DNA of 45,525 nt from a virus: IMG/VR virus record IMGVR_UViG_3300024222_000002; one strand, written 5' to 3'. Under the pieces are notes generated by a model. That model worked only from the letters and a program-made list of their open reading frames with translations, had not been told where the DNA came from and searched no databases. A program made the position numbers and the translations under genes. Positions 1-8,085 of this stretch are shown in pieces. Every line of letters starts with the position of its first letter. Within the stretch, counting starts at the first letter, position 1.

Positions 1-201
1 GCGAACCTCGGAGGCGCGAACCTCGGAGGCGCGTACCTCAGAGGCGCGTACCTCGAAGGCGCGTACCTCGAAGGCGCGAACCTCAGAGGCGCGAACCTCG
101 AAGGCGCGAACCTCAGAGGCGCGAACCTCGAAGGCGCGAACCTCGAAGGCGCGAACCTCGGAGGCGCGTACCTCAGAGGCGCGAACCTCAGAGGCGCGTA
201 C
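1..201 (+). repeat. 15-bp coding tandem repeat, 13 full units (gcg[a/t]acctc[g/a][g/a]aggc)
   Basis: Counted directly: 13 units at 1..195 plus a partial 14th. Only unit positions 4, 10 and 11 vary. The same array is seen at 45404..45525. Confidence 0.95.
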
Positions 202-435
202 GGTTTGGAAAGATTCCCTCTTCAAATCGGTGGACACAAACATTGGCTCATTACTCAACAGGACGGCGAACTTTCCATTGGCTGTCACAAAGGGACTTTC
301 GATTGGTGGCTGGAACATGCCGACACCATCGGAAGAAAAGAGGATTACTCCGCACTGGATATTGAAATTTACAAGCTGCACATCGCACATTTGCAAAAGG
401 TTTCGCAGCTTTTGTGGGCAAAGGCAACCGCATGA
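1..435 (+). CDS. Pentapeptide-repeat protein, C-terminal part (gene wraps the contig junction; N-terminal part is 45308..45525)
   Basis: Frame 1 is open from base 1. It translates as 13 tandem A(N/Y)L(G/R/E)G pentapeptides followed by a 78-aa non-repeat tail ending at TGA 433..435. Bases 1..122 equal 45404..45525, in frame with GTG 45308. Confidence 0.85.
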   Translation, partial: ANLGGANLGGAYLRGAYLEGAYLEGANLRGANLEGANLRGANLEGANLEGANLGGAYLRGANLRGAYGLERFPLQIGGHKHWLITQQDGELSIGCHKGTFDWWLEHADTIGRKEDYSALDIEIYKLHIAHLQKVSQLLWAKATA

Positions 436-1271
436 GCGACCAGCCAGCAGCAACGCCAGAGCAGCCCAAACACCGCTTTTCAAACACAAAGAAAATCAGA
501 GAGGAAATCATGGAACTTGCCACACGCGAAGTAAAGGAAATCGAAACTGGCCTAGCCTTGCTGCGAACACGCGCTGAATCAATCGTTGTGCGCGATGCGG
601 ATTCCTATGCCGCTGCCTGCCAGATTGCCTTAGATGGACGCGCCTACATCAAGAAAGTGGGCTTCGAGCTAGACCCTGGTATTCAATCCGCCAAAGACCA
701 CATGGACTTGCTGAGGAACCAAAAGGCCAAGTTCGTAGACCCGGCCAAACAAATCGTGGAAGTAGCTGCCCAGAAAGCCGAATCCTGGAAGGCGGAAGAA
801 CGCCGAAAGGCCGAAGCCGAACAGGAACGAGTCAACGCCGAACGCCGCCGCGAAGCTGCAAGGCTGGCCGACGAGGAGCGCCGGAAAGCGGACGCTGCCG
901 CCGCTGAGCAGAAGAAGATTAGGGATGCCCAAATCGAAGAGGCTCGCAAAGCCGGAGAGATTGGGAAGCGCGAAGCTGCACGGCTAGCAAAACAGGCCGA
1001 AGAGGACCGTCTGGCCGCACAGGAGTTAGCCCGCAAACAGGAGTTAGTGGCTGCTTCTAGCGTGCAGGAGGTGAAAATAGCCCCATCTGTGCCGAAAGTT
1101 GCGGGAATAAAGGCGCGGGTGAATTGGAAGTTTCGCATTGTGGACGCCTCCAAACTCCCGCGTCAGTTCCTTATACCGGATGAGGTCGCTATCGGCCAGC
1201 ATGTTCGCTCAGTCAAACAGGCTGGGGAGGTTATCCCCGGCGTGGAGGCTTACAGTGAAGACGGCATCTAA
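432..1271 (+). CDS. Coiled-coil protein, Siphovirus Gp157-like (accessory of recombination module)
   Basis: ATG 432 overlaps the upstream TGA (ATGA). Central A/E/R/K-rich coiled coil. The C-terminal '[20 protein letters not shown]...VIPGVEAY' resembles the Sipho_Gp157 C-terminal signature. It sits directly upstream of RecT. Confidence 0.5.
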   Translation: MSDQPAATPEQPKHRFSNTKKIREEIMELATREVKEIETGLALLRTRAESIVVRDADSYAAACQIALDGRAYIKKVGFELDPGIQSAKDHMDLLRNQKAKFVDPAKQIVEVAAQKAESWKAEERRKAEAEQERVNAERRREAARLADEERRKADAAAAEQKKIRDAQIEEARKAGEIGKREAARLAKQAEEDRLAAQELARKQELVAASSVQEVKIAPSVPKVAGIKARVNWKFRIVDASKLPRQFLIPDEVAIGQHVRSVKQAGEVIPGVEAYSEDGI

Positions 1272-2046
1272 ATCGCTTGCAGTAGCCAAACCTCGCAGGC
1301 TCCAAAAGAACGAAGTCGAGCTTCTTAAGCGCACGGTCGCTAAGGGTGTGACCGATGATGAGTTTGCCCTATTTCTCTGGGTATGCAAGAAGCACAAGTT
1401 AGACCCGATGTGCCGACAGGTTCACGCCGTGCGCCGCTACGTCCAGAAGCACCATCAAGACGAAAAGGGCATTTGGGTGGCTGGCCATCAGATGGTGATA
1501 CAGATTGGAATAGACGGATATAGGGCGCTAGCAGGCCGTGACCACGGTGATTTTGGCGGATGCGACGAACCGGAGTTTGTCTTTGATACCGACAAGAGAA
1601 TCCCAGTATTAGCCCGTATTCGCCTTTGGAAGAAGGGATTGGAACACCCAATAGTCGGCGTGGCCTATTGGGATGAATACGCGCCACGCGACCTGACTAG
1701 GGCCGAAGCCTTTATGTGGAACAAAATGCCGAAACATATGCTGGCGAAGTGCGCCGAGGCTCTCGCTTTGCGCAAGGGATACCCTGAGTTGGCCGATATT
1801 TACACCAATGAGGAAATGTCCCAGACGATGGACGAATACGCTCCTAGCGGTCGCCAAATCGTTTCTGAGGTACATCCACAAGCAGCCATTGACGCGGAAG
1901 TGGAGCGCCAAAAGAAAGAGCACGCCGAGAACGCTAAGGCTATCGAAACGAAGGCTAAAAAGGCCAAACCCGCGAAACCCGTTGAGCCAGCTACGGTTCA
2001 AGCCGACATCTGGCCCAAACGGCAGGAAGGACCTTCGGTGCCATAA
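1255..2046 (+). CDS. recT: RecT/Bet-family single-strand annealing recombinase
   Basis: Motifs 'LLKRTVAKGVTDDEFALFLWVCKKHKLDPMCRQVHAV', 'IQIGIDGYRALAGR' and 'WNKMPKHMLAKCAEALALRKGYPE' fit the RecT/phage Bet family. Start is uncertain: GTG 1255, ATG 1201 or 1138 are all in the same frame. Confidence 0.85.
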   Translation: MKTASKSLAVAKPRRLQKNEVELLKRTVAKGVTDDEFALFLWVCKKHKLDPMCRQVHAVRRYVQKHHQDEKGIWVAGHQMVIQIGIDGYRALAGRDHGDFGGCDEPEFVFDTDKRIPVLARIRLWKKGLEHPIVGVAYWDEYAPRDLTRAEAFMWNKMPKHMLAKCAEALALRKGYPELADIYTNEEMSQTMDEYAPSGRQIVSEVHPQAAIDAEVERQKKEHAENAKAIETKAKKAKPAKPVEPATVQADIWPKRQEGPSVP

Positions 2047-2378
2047 TGGAGAAAGTGAAGGACGTTTTCGAGCACTGTAAATGGCTCATCGAGAAGGGTC
2101 GTGGCGAGGAACCCGGCAAACTTTACATGCCCCGCGTAGAGGCTCAGAAGCGCAAAGCCAATGCTGAAGGCTATCGGCGCGTCGTTTTCCAGGTGGACGA
2201 GCAACTCTACCGGGATTTTCATACGCAGAAGGACCGCTACATCACGCTCTGCCAGAACAATCCGCCGCTTGGCTACGCCACGATGCTCAAGATTCTTGCA
2301 GCCATATCGGACGAAGCAATCAAAAATCTGGCTGCGGATGAATCAAGCGAGGACACCGGGATCCTTTCGGATGCGTGA
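2046..2378 (+). CDS. Hypothetical protein (110 aa)
   Basis: ATG shares one base with the recT stop (TAATG). Ordinary amino-acid composition. Confidence 0.6.
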   Translation: MEKVKDVFEHCKWLIEKGRGEEPGKLYMPRVEAQKRKANAEGYRRVVFQVDEQLYRDFHTQKDRYITLCQNNPPLGYATMLKILAAISDEAIKNLAADESSEDTGILSDA

Positions 2379-2694
2379 CGAAGAAGCCAAAAAGCGATTG
2401 GGCTACAGGGACAAGCGGAGCCGCGTGGCGATGGATGGTTCTGAGCGGCTGTATGGCGCGGACTGGAAGAAACGCAAGCAAGAGCTTTGGGATAGAGAAA
2501 ATGGGCGCTGTCAGGGCGTACTTACTTTCGCGGGAGAAACGGTTGCTCGTTGTACGATGCAAGGCGCTGACCCGCATCACGTCATCGAACGCAGCGAGCA
2601 CAGAGACGACCGCTTGGAGAATCTGGCTTTGCTTTGCAGGGATTGTCACGACAAATTGGATTGGAAGAGATTGCATTGGAGGAAATCCGCATGA
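2371..2694 (+). CDS. HNH endonuclease (107 aa)
   Basis: 'DPHHVIERSEHRDDRLENLALLCRDCHDKL' is an H-N-H core with CxxC. ATG 2371 overlaps the upstream stop by 8 nt. Confidence 0.85.
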   Translation: MRDEEAKKRLGYRDKRSRVAMDGSERLYGADWKKRKQELWDRENGRCQGVLTFAGETVARCTMQGADPHHVIERSEHRDDRLENLALLCRDCHDKLDWKRLHWRKSA

Positions 2695-2897
2695 ACTTGT
2701 CATTGCGCGACAGAGTGTCGAGAATGTCGAACAAACAGGTTCAAGCTCTCCTCGATAAACAGTTCACTTGGAACGGATTGATGCCAGATGAGTTAGAGAT
2801 TCTAAGTGCATTGCGGGATTGGAGACTCTTACGCGAATATGCTTTTCGGTTCTACTGGAGGGAAAGTGGATTGGACAGACAAAGTAGCCGTTCGTGA
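2691..2897 (+). CDS. Hypothetical protein (68 aa)
   Basis: ATGA overlap with the HNH stop. Confidence 0.5.
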   Translation: MNLSLRDRVSRMSNKQVQALLDKQFTWNGLMPDELEILSALRDWRLLREYAFRFYWRESGLDRQSSRS

Positions 2898-3066
2898 ATA
2901 TAAACGCTTGCAGCAAAGACGCTATCGAGGCTCCACGCGCACGCAAGAGCGATTGAACATAGACTGGTCTGACCCTGAGCAACGCAGGGCCTACCACCGC
3001 AAGCAATACAAGAAACACTCTCTGCGGTGGTGCCAGGTTGTGGCGAAGTATCTGAGGTTGCCATGA
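2866..3066 (+). CDS. Hypothetical basic protein (66 aa; start uncertain)
   Basis: GTG 2866 lies 5 nt after GGAGG (2856..2860). ATG 2839 and 2806 are alternatives in the same frame. Overlaps the previous ORF. Confidence 0.4.
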   Translation: MDWTDKVAVREYKRLQQRRYRGSTRTQERLNIDWSDPEQRRAYHRKQYKKHSLRWCQVVAKYLRLP

Positions 3067-3239
3067 GCGAAACAATCCGCCAATTGGCAGCCGATGGCAT
3101 GCTGCGCGGCTCCTACGTCACGTCTGAAGAAACTGAGCTTATCAGCCCACTACAGGTGATTCTTGAATTAGCTTGGCGGCAGGTCTTGCGAAACAACCGG
3201 CTGGAGGTCGCGCAGGCAGCTACGGAGGAATTGGGATGA
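3063..3239 (+). CDS. Hypothetical protein (58 aa)
   Basis: ATGA overlaps at both ends. Confidence 0.5.
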   Translation: MSETIRQLAADGMLRGSYVTSEETELISPLQVILELAWRQVLRNNRLEVAQAATEELG

Positions 3240-3610
3240 GCGATTGCGGAGTTTGCATCGGTTCTGAGCCGGATGGATATTGCGACTTTATCGTGCAGGA
3301 AGACCGTAAGGCGCGTAAGCCGCACAAGTGCTGCGAATGCGACAAAGAGATTGCGATAGGCGAGAAGTATGAGCATGCTCGCGGTAAGTTTGAAGGCGAG
3401 ATGTGGACTGCCGATACCTGTCTTATATGCCGAGAGATTGCCGAGACGTTCTATTGTAACGGGCGCATGTTCGGCGGAGAGCTTTGGGAAGACATGGAGT
3501 ACTGTTTCCCAGAGATGACAACTGGCTGCTTGGCACGACTGACGACGGTGGCGGCAAAAACTGAGCTTCAGCGCCGCTGGCAAGAATGGAAGTTTTCGCA
3601 AACAGCCTAG
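3236..3610 (+). CDS. Cys-rich putative zinc-binding protein (124 aa)
   Basis: 'CGVC', 'KCCECDKE' and 'CLICREI' cysteine pairs. ATGA overlap with the upstream gene. Confidence 0.6.
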   Translation: MSDCGVCIGSEPDGYCDFIVQEDRKARKPHKCCECDKEIAIGEKYEHARGKFEGEMWTADTCLICREIAETFYCNGRMFGGELWEDMEYCFPEMTTGCLARLTTVAAKTELQRRWQEWKFSQTA

Positions 3611-3658
3611 GCCAGCAGCAGGTCAAGTCGGGCCGCAGATTTTGCCGGAGGGGATTGC

Positions 3659-4348
3659 TTGAAACCGTATTACAGCGAAAAGGGGATAGAGATTTACTGC
3701 GGGGATTGCAGAGAGGTATTGCCCGACGTCGACGCTGATTTGCTTTGCGCTGACCCACCGTATGGACTTGGTGCGGCGCGGCTAAACTTCGGCGGAGCTG
3801 GCGTCGTGCGGCACATGACTGGCCTCTGTTCCGGGAAAGCTATTCCAAAGACGAATTATGGCGATTCCGCTTGGGATGATGAACCCTGTCCGCAAGACCT
3901 CTTAGACTTGGCGATTTCTCGAGCCCCACAGCGGATAGTTTGGGGTGGGAATTACTTTGACTTGCCGAAGGCGCGATGCTGGCTCATTTGGGACAAGCTA
4001 CGCGGGGATACTGACTACGCGGATGGAGAGATGGCGTGGACTAACTTTGACCGCGCCGTGCGCATCATTCGCTGGCGTTGGAATGGCTTCCTGCAGGAGA
4101 ACATGGAAGCCAAAGAGGAGCGCGTGCATCCCACACAGAAGCCGCTAGGCGTAATCAAATGGGCGCTGCAGCAAGCTGAGGAGTGGTCGACCGTCCTTGA
4201 CCCTTTCATGGGCAGTGGCACAACGCTTCGCGCAGCGAAAGACTTAGGCCGCCGCGCCATCGGCATAGAGATTGAGGAGCGGTACTGCGAAATCGCGGCC
4301 AAGCGGCTCTCGCAAGAAGTGCTTGACTTTTCGGCTGAGCCAAAATAA
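3659..4348 (+). CDS. DNA methyltransferase, beta-class N6-adenine/N4-cytosine (N6_N4_Mtase-like)
   Basis: Motif IV 'ADPPYG' near the N-terminus, 'HPTQKP', then motif I 'VLDPFMGSGTT'. TTG start at 3659. Confidence 0.9.
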   Translation: MKPYYSEKGIEIYCGDCREVLPDVDADLLCADPPYGLGAARLNFGGAGVVRHMTGLCSGKAIPKTNYGDSAWDDEPCPQDLLDLAISRAPQRIVWGGNYFDLPKARCWLIWDKLRGDTDYADGEMAWTNFDRAVRIIRWRWNGFLQENMEAKEERVHPTQKPLGVIKWALQQAEEWSTVLDPFMGSGTTLRAAKDLGRRAIGIEIEERYCEIAAKRLSQEVLDFSAEPK

Positions 4349-4927
4349 ATTCTCTGGTACGAGCCGTCGCGGCTAGCATGCAATTAGCGAGCTTCGGGCG
4401 GAACTCTTTGGGAGCGGGTGCCACACACACTCGCTCCTACCCTTGTGTGGAGGGTTGGTTGGTTCTTCTTACAATCCATCGTAAAACAAATCACAAGGAA
4501 GCTCGCATCTGGCGCGAGTTAGCTTTCCATCTGTACGCTGCGATTGGACATCGGGAGTGGAGATTTGGGCTCTGGTGGTCTCGCCTTCAAACCGGTCTCT
4601 CCACAAATGTCGTCGCGCCGAGCATGAACCCGCTACAGCTCGCCTTAAAACAGCGTTACCACAAAGTTGGTTTCAAATCTCTTCCGGCGACTTGCATACC
4701 ACCACGGACGCATGCAAGCGAGCGAGAGAAACGCGTGCGGCGGCCAGTGTTACACAGAACTTTCGAGGTTGCCTTGCTAGACCTCGCTGCTGATTACTGC
4801 TAGACATTTGAGTTGGTTGTGGTTTAGAACCAACGGCAAAAGCAGAATCAAAGGCGTAAGAGGGACCGGGAAAGAAAGGCGTCCTTTTGTTTGAGCGCGG
4901 AGCAGCAGGAAAGTGGTAGGAGGGACG
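4349..4927. other. Long non-coding, hairpin-rich spacer (candidate origin or structured RNA)
   Basis: No convincing ORF. 6-7 bp stems at 4421-4427/4444-4450, 4497-4506/4514-4528, 4557-4563/4598-4604, 4691-4697/4712-4718, 4764-4769/4781-4786 and 4812-4818/4828-4834. Confidence 0.4.
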
Positions 4928-5149
4928 ATGCGGGTTGAGCTTTGTGATTGCCAGAACGTCTTGCTGGAAGAGATAGCCGACAAGCACTTTACGCAGAAGT
5001 CCGTGGCGCTGACTTACGCGATGGCGATGGAATCCAGTGAACGGGTGGACTGGTATGTGGTCAACCAAGCAATTATCAAAAGGTGGTCAGAATCAGGGCT
5101 TGAACGCGTAAAGCGTATGGCATGGGCGAAACGGGAGGGCAAGAAATGA
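4928..5149 (+). CDS. Hypothetical protein (73 aa)
   Basis: AGGAGG at 4918..4923 precedes ATG 4928. GTG 4913 is an alternative start. Confidence 0.6.
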   Translation: MRVELCDCQNVLLEEIADKHFTQKSVALTYAMAMESSERVDWYVVNQAIIKRWSESGLERVKRMAWAKREGKK

Positions 5150-5388
5150 TTGGACCTAGAACTTGCTGGTGTTGTGGAGAACGAGAAGCAACTAGTGGGT
5201 GCATCCTTGGGACGCGTTGCGGCTGCAATGGTTCGATGGCTGGCATGTGGGATATGGGCTGCTTTGCTTGCCACAAATGCCGGAAACACTGTAAATGCAC
5301 GAAAGATGAACTCCAGCAAAAGCACACGGAGATAATAGATGCGCTCGCAAGGGCAAGAGCCAAACAACATCAAGATTCTTCGATATAA
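5146..5388 (+). CDS. Cys-rich small protein (80 aa)
   Basis: ATGA overlap. 'CWCCGEREATSGC...CGCNGS...CFACHKCRKHCKC'. Confidence 0.55.
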   Translation: MIGPRTCWCCGEREATSGCILGTRCGCNGSMAGMWDMGCFACHKCRKHCKCTKDELQQKHTEIIDALARARAKQHQDSSI

Positions 5389-5581
5389 ATGCCGCGTCTG
5401 CAAAGATGTGAGTTTCTCTACGCAGCGTGAATGGAAGCGGCACATGATTGATGAGCACTCGGGGCAACCAGGCGATAAGGCATTGGGCTGCAACGCTTGG
5501 AACAGCCAGCCGCGAGATACCAGCCAGAGAACGCTAGGCCATAAACCGAGCCTTGATGATTACGACAGACTTTTACATTGA
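5339..5581 (+). CDS. Small protein with a C2H2-type zinc-finger-like motif (80 aa)
   Basis: 'YKCRVCKDVSFSTQREWKRHMIDEH' has the pattern C-x2-C-x4-F-x5-W-x2-H-x4-H. The only in-frame ATG is 5339, giving a 50-nt overlap with the upstream ORF. Confidence 0.5.
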   Translation: MRSQGQEPNNIKILRYKCRVCKDVSFSTQREWKRHMIDEHSGQPGDKALGCNAWNSQPRDTSQRTLGHKPSLDDYDRLLH

Positions 5582-5647
5582 GCGCGGGGCGGCGGGGCGA
5601 GAAGAGCGGGTAGGGGGCGCGGGCTAAAGAATCTTTAGTACTGGGTC

Positions 5648-5676
5648 TTGACAGAAATCATCAGCATCATGATAAT
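5648..5676 (+). promoter_or_regulatory. Sigma70-type promoter (TTGACA-17 nt-GATAAT)
   Basis: TTGACA 5648..5653, 17-nt spacer, GATAAT 5671..5676, then GGAGG 5685..5689 and ATG 5694. Confidence 0.65.
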
Positions 5677-5693
5677 GTGCGCATGGAGGCAAT

Positions 5694-5978
5694 ATGAAGC
5701 GAATTCCAGTGCTGGTAACAACGATTCATCGCGGCGTGTTTTTCGGCTATGCCACTGCGCCTGTGAAGGGCAAGAGCATCACGATTAAGGATGGGAGGAA
5801 CTGCATCTACTGGTCTGCGGACGTGAAGGGCTTTCTGGGCCTTGCCGCGACTGGGCCGAGTTCGTCCTGCAAGGTGGGGCCGAAGGTTCCAAAGCTCACG
5901 CTCACCGATGTAACTTCAGTTTCCGAGACAACGCCCGATGCGGCTACGAAGTTTGAAGCAGCGCCTTGGAGCATGTAG
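5694..5978 (+). CDS. Hypothetical protein (94 aa)
   Basis: Strong RBS and promoter upstream. Ordinary globular composition. Confidence 0.7.
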   Translation: MKRIPVLVTTIHRGVFFGYATAPVKGKSITIKDGRNCIYWSADVKGFLGLAATGPSSSCKVGPKVPKLTLTDVTSVSETTPDAATKFEAAPWSM

Positions 5979-5981
5979 CCG

Positions 5982-6547
<566 letters not shown>

Positions 6548-6551
<4 letters not shown>

Positions 6552-6679
6552 AATTGCCAACGGTGAAATGCCCAACCTGCAAGACGGAATGGATTCCGCG
6601 AGTGCCTGAGCCGAAGAAATGCATTAGCTGTGGCAGGCCGTTGGCCGCACGCCGCCAGCAAAAGGAGGGCGCGCAATGA
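6548..6679 (+). CDS. Zinc-ribbon mini-protein (43 aa; below the ORF-track cutoff)
   Basis: ATGA overlaps at both ends. 'CPTC...CISC'. Confidence 0.55.
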
Positions 6680-6885
6680 ACACAATGCAAGAATTGCTAA
6701 TTGAGCGACAGGATGCGGTAATGGCTATTCTTAAGGAAAAACATTATCCCATAGGACCTGGTCTTATCGCATCTACTTTACATATTCCATGGAACACGGC
6801 CAAAAAAGTGCTTAAGTTTCTAGTAGAAACAAGAACAGATGTACTTGCCATGAAAAACGGAACTTATAAATTGGTGCGTCCATGA
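6676..6885 (+). CDS. Hypothetical protein, possible winged-helix fold (69 aa)
   Basis: ATGA-coupled on both sides. Lies in a tract that looks AT-rich by eye. The fold guess rests only on size and helical pattern. Confidence 0.5.
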   Translation: MNTMQELLIERQDAVMAILKEKHYPIGPGLIASTLHIPWNTAKKVLKFLVETRTDVLAMKNGTYKLVRP

Positions 6886-7172
6886 CTACTTTCTCTAGAC
6901 GCTACAAAGGACCAACGCCCAACAACGAAGACATAGAGATGGCCATCAGCGGCGAATGGCAAGTTGCGCTAAAGAAGGCCCAAAAAGACATTCTAGACGA
7001 CTGGGACGCCTACGCCGACAGCCCAGCCAATTCCCGCGAAGAATGGCGGCAGGAAGAACCATTCTCCTGGCGAGGGCTTTTCTTAGGCTTTGCCATGGTA
7101 GCGTCGCTGGGCTTTATGGGGTGGGTCTGCTGGCAGTTTTCTCATCTAATCAGAATCCTGGTGGGCTGGTGA
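6882..7172 (+). CDS. Membrane protein, C-terminal TM segment (96 aa)
   Basis: 'GLFLGFAMVASLGFMGWVCWQF' hydrophobic segment. ATGA overlap. Confidence 0.6.
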   Translation: MTTFSRRYKGPTPNNEDIEMAISGEWQVALKKAQKDILDDWDAYADSPANSREEWRQEEPFSWRGLFLGFAMVASLGFMGWVCWQFSHLIRILVGW

Positions 7173-7342
7173 AATACAGCAATAGCACTCTTTGGTTTCG
7201 AGGAATTGTCTATCCTGTTGGGGCTGTAGCCTTCCTTCGTTGGTGTGGGTGGACCTATCCTCCAGCAATTGTTTTCAGCCTTATTGTTGGCCTTTACGGA
7301 CTGATTTGTTTAGTGATAGCCATAGAGGAAAGGGACTTATGA
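7169..7342 (+). CDS. Small membrane protein (57 aa, about 2 TM)
   Basis: GTGA overlap. 'IVYPVGAVAFLRWCGW' and 'IVFSLIVGLYGLICLVIAI'. Confidence 0.5.
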   Translation: MKYSNSTLWFRGIVYPVGAVAFLRWCGWTYPPAIVFSLIVGLYGLICLVIAIEERDL

Positions 7343-7470
7343 GGCCAAAGGGAACAGTGATTCTAAATTATTTTTACTACGTAGGATTTATCCTGCTTAT
7401 GACTTTTTTTGGTGCGTCGGTACTGGTTCGGCTAGACAGAATCATCGAACTGTTGAAGCAACAGCTATGA
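7339..7470 (+). CDS. Small membrane protein (43 aa, 1 TM)
   Basis: ATGA overlap. 'ILNYFYYVGFILLMTFFGASVLV'. Confidence 0.5.
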   Translation: MRPKGTVILNYFYYVGFILLMTFFGASVLVRLDRIIELLKQQL

Positions 7471-7604
7471 GCGAAGTTTACGACAAAACAGTATGTAAAT
7501 TATTTGGTCCATGTAGCCCTTCGCCTAGAAAAGAAGTTGTCTTAACAGGGATATTTGGAGGCTGCCTATTGGTTCATCTTTTTTGGAGGTATTGGCTGCA
7601 ATGA
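7467..7604 (+). CDS. Small membrane protein (45 aa, 1 TM; below the ORF-track cutoff)
   Basis: ATGA overlaps at both ends. 'VVLTGIFGGCLLVHLFW'. Confidence 0.45.
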   Translation: MSEVYDKTVCKLFGPCSPSPRKEVVLTGIFGGCLLVHLFWRYWLQ

Positions 7605-7861
7605 GGGATAAGCGCATGGACAATCGGCCTACTGCTCCGCATGAGCTTTTGCTAATCCGCGTTGGGCACCATCTTTGGCGGGAATGGAAGTCTAAGGACG
7701 CCAAGGGATGGCCAAAAGCGCCACTTTTCACCGCGCTAGAGGCTGTTTGGGAGGCAAAGGAGCAGATTCGGGTGCCGTTGCGGAAAGAATGGCTGGATTT
7801 CGTGGAGAATCGAAAAAAGAGGGGCCAAGCCCAAATAGCAAGAATCAGAGGCAAAGCATGA
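7601..7861 (+). CDS. Hypothetical protein (86 aa)
   Basis: ATGA overlaps at both ends. Confidence 0.55.
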   Translation: MRDKRMDNRPTAPHELLLIRVGHHLWREWKSKDAKGWPKAPLFTALEAVWEAKEQIRVPLRKEWLDFVENRKKRGQAQIARIRGKA

Positions 7862-8085
7862 CGCACCTTGAGCAAGAGATGTTCAAGATCATCCGCAGGC
7901 GAGACGATGACGAGCACTACGGTTATGCGGACATGGTGCGCGATATAGAAGCTCTGTTTGGGCTAACGGCGGTGAGGAACGCGGTGAGGTTGTGGAAGCT
8001 GACGGGAGACAGTGAAGGGGCAATGGCCGTAATCGAGCAGGCCCTGCGGCAGACGCAGCAGGTGGAGGGGCGGGATGCTAATTGA
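7858..8085 (+). CDS. Hypothetical protein (75 aa)
   Basis: ATGA overlap upstream. Confidence 0.55.
   Translation: MTHLEQEMFKIIRRRDDDEHYGYADMVRDIEALFGLTAVRNAVRLWKLTGDSEGAMAVIEQALRQTQQVEGRDAN

Noticed and set aside
1-122. Terminal repeats as transposon/IS ends, LTRs or att sites
   Set aside because: The repeats are direct, not inverted. They lie inside one continuous ORF and inside a tandem array. No transposase or integrase is present. A circular-assembly overlap is the simplest reading.
1-201. Possible CRISPR array or non-coding satellite (regular 15-bp repeat; also the 6-bp repeat at 6015..6200)
   Set aside because: The units are contiguous with no spacers and far shorter than CRISPR repeats. 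They are exactly in frame within long ORFs, encoding pentapeptide and Gly-X repeats.
4378-4803. 141-aa ORF filling the large gap after the methyltransferase
   Set aside because: It has no Shine-Dalgarno sequence and an R/H/W/C-rich composition atypical of the other genes. The region is packed with stem-loops. I treat it as probably non-coding, though this has not been excluded.
4349-4927. tRNA or tmRNA gene in the large spacer (and elsewhere)
   Set aside because: I found no cloverleaf with a GTTCRANNC-type T-loop and matching acceptor stem by eye. This is not exhaustive, and tRNAscan-SE or ARAGORN should be run.
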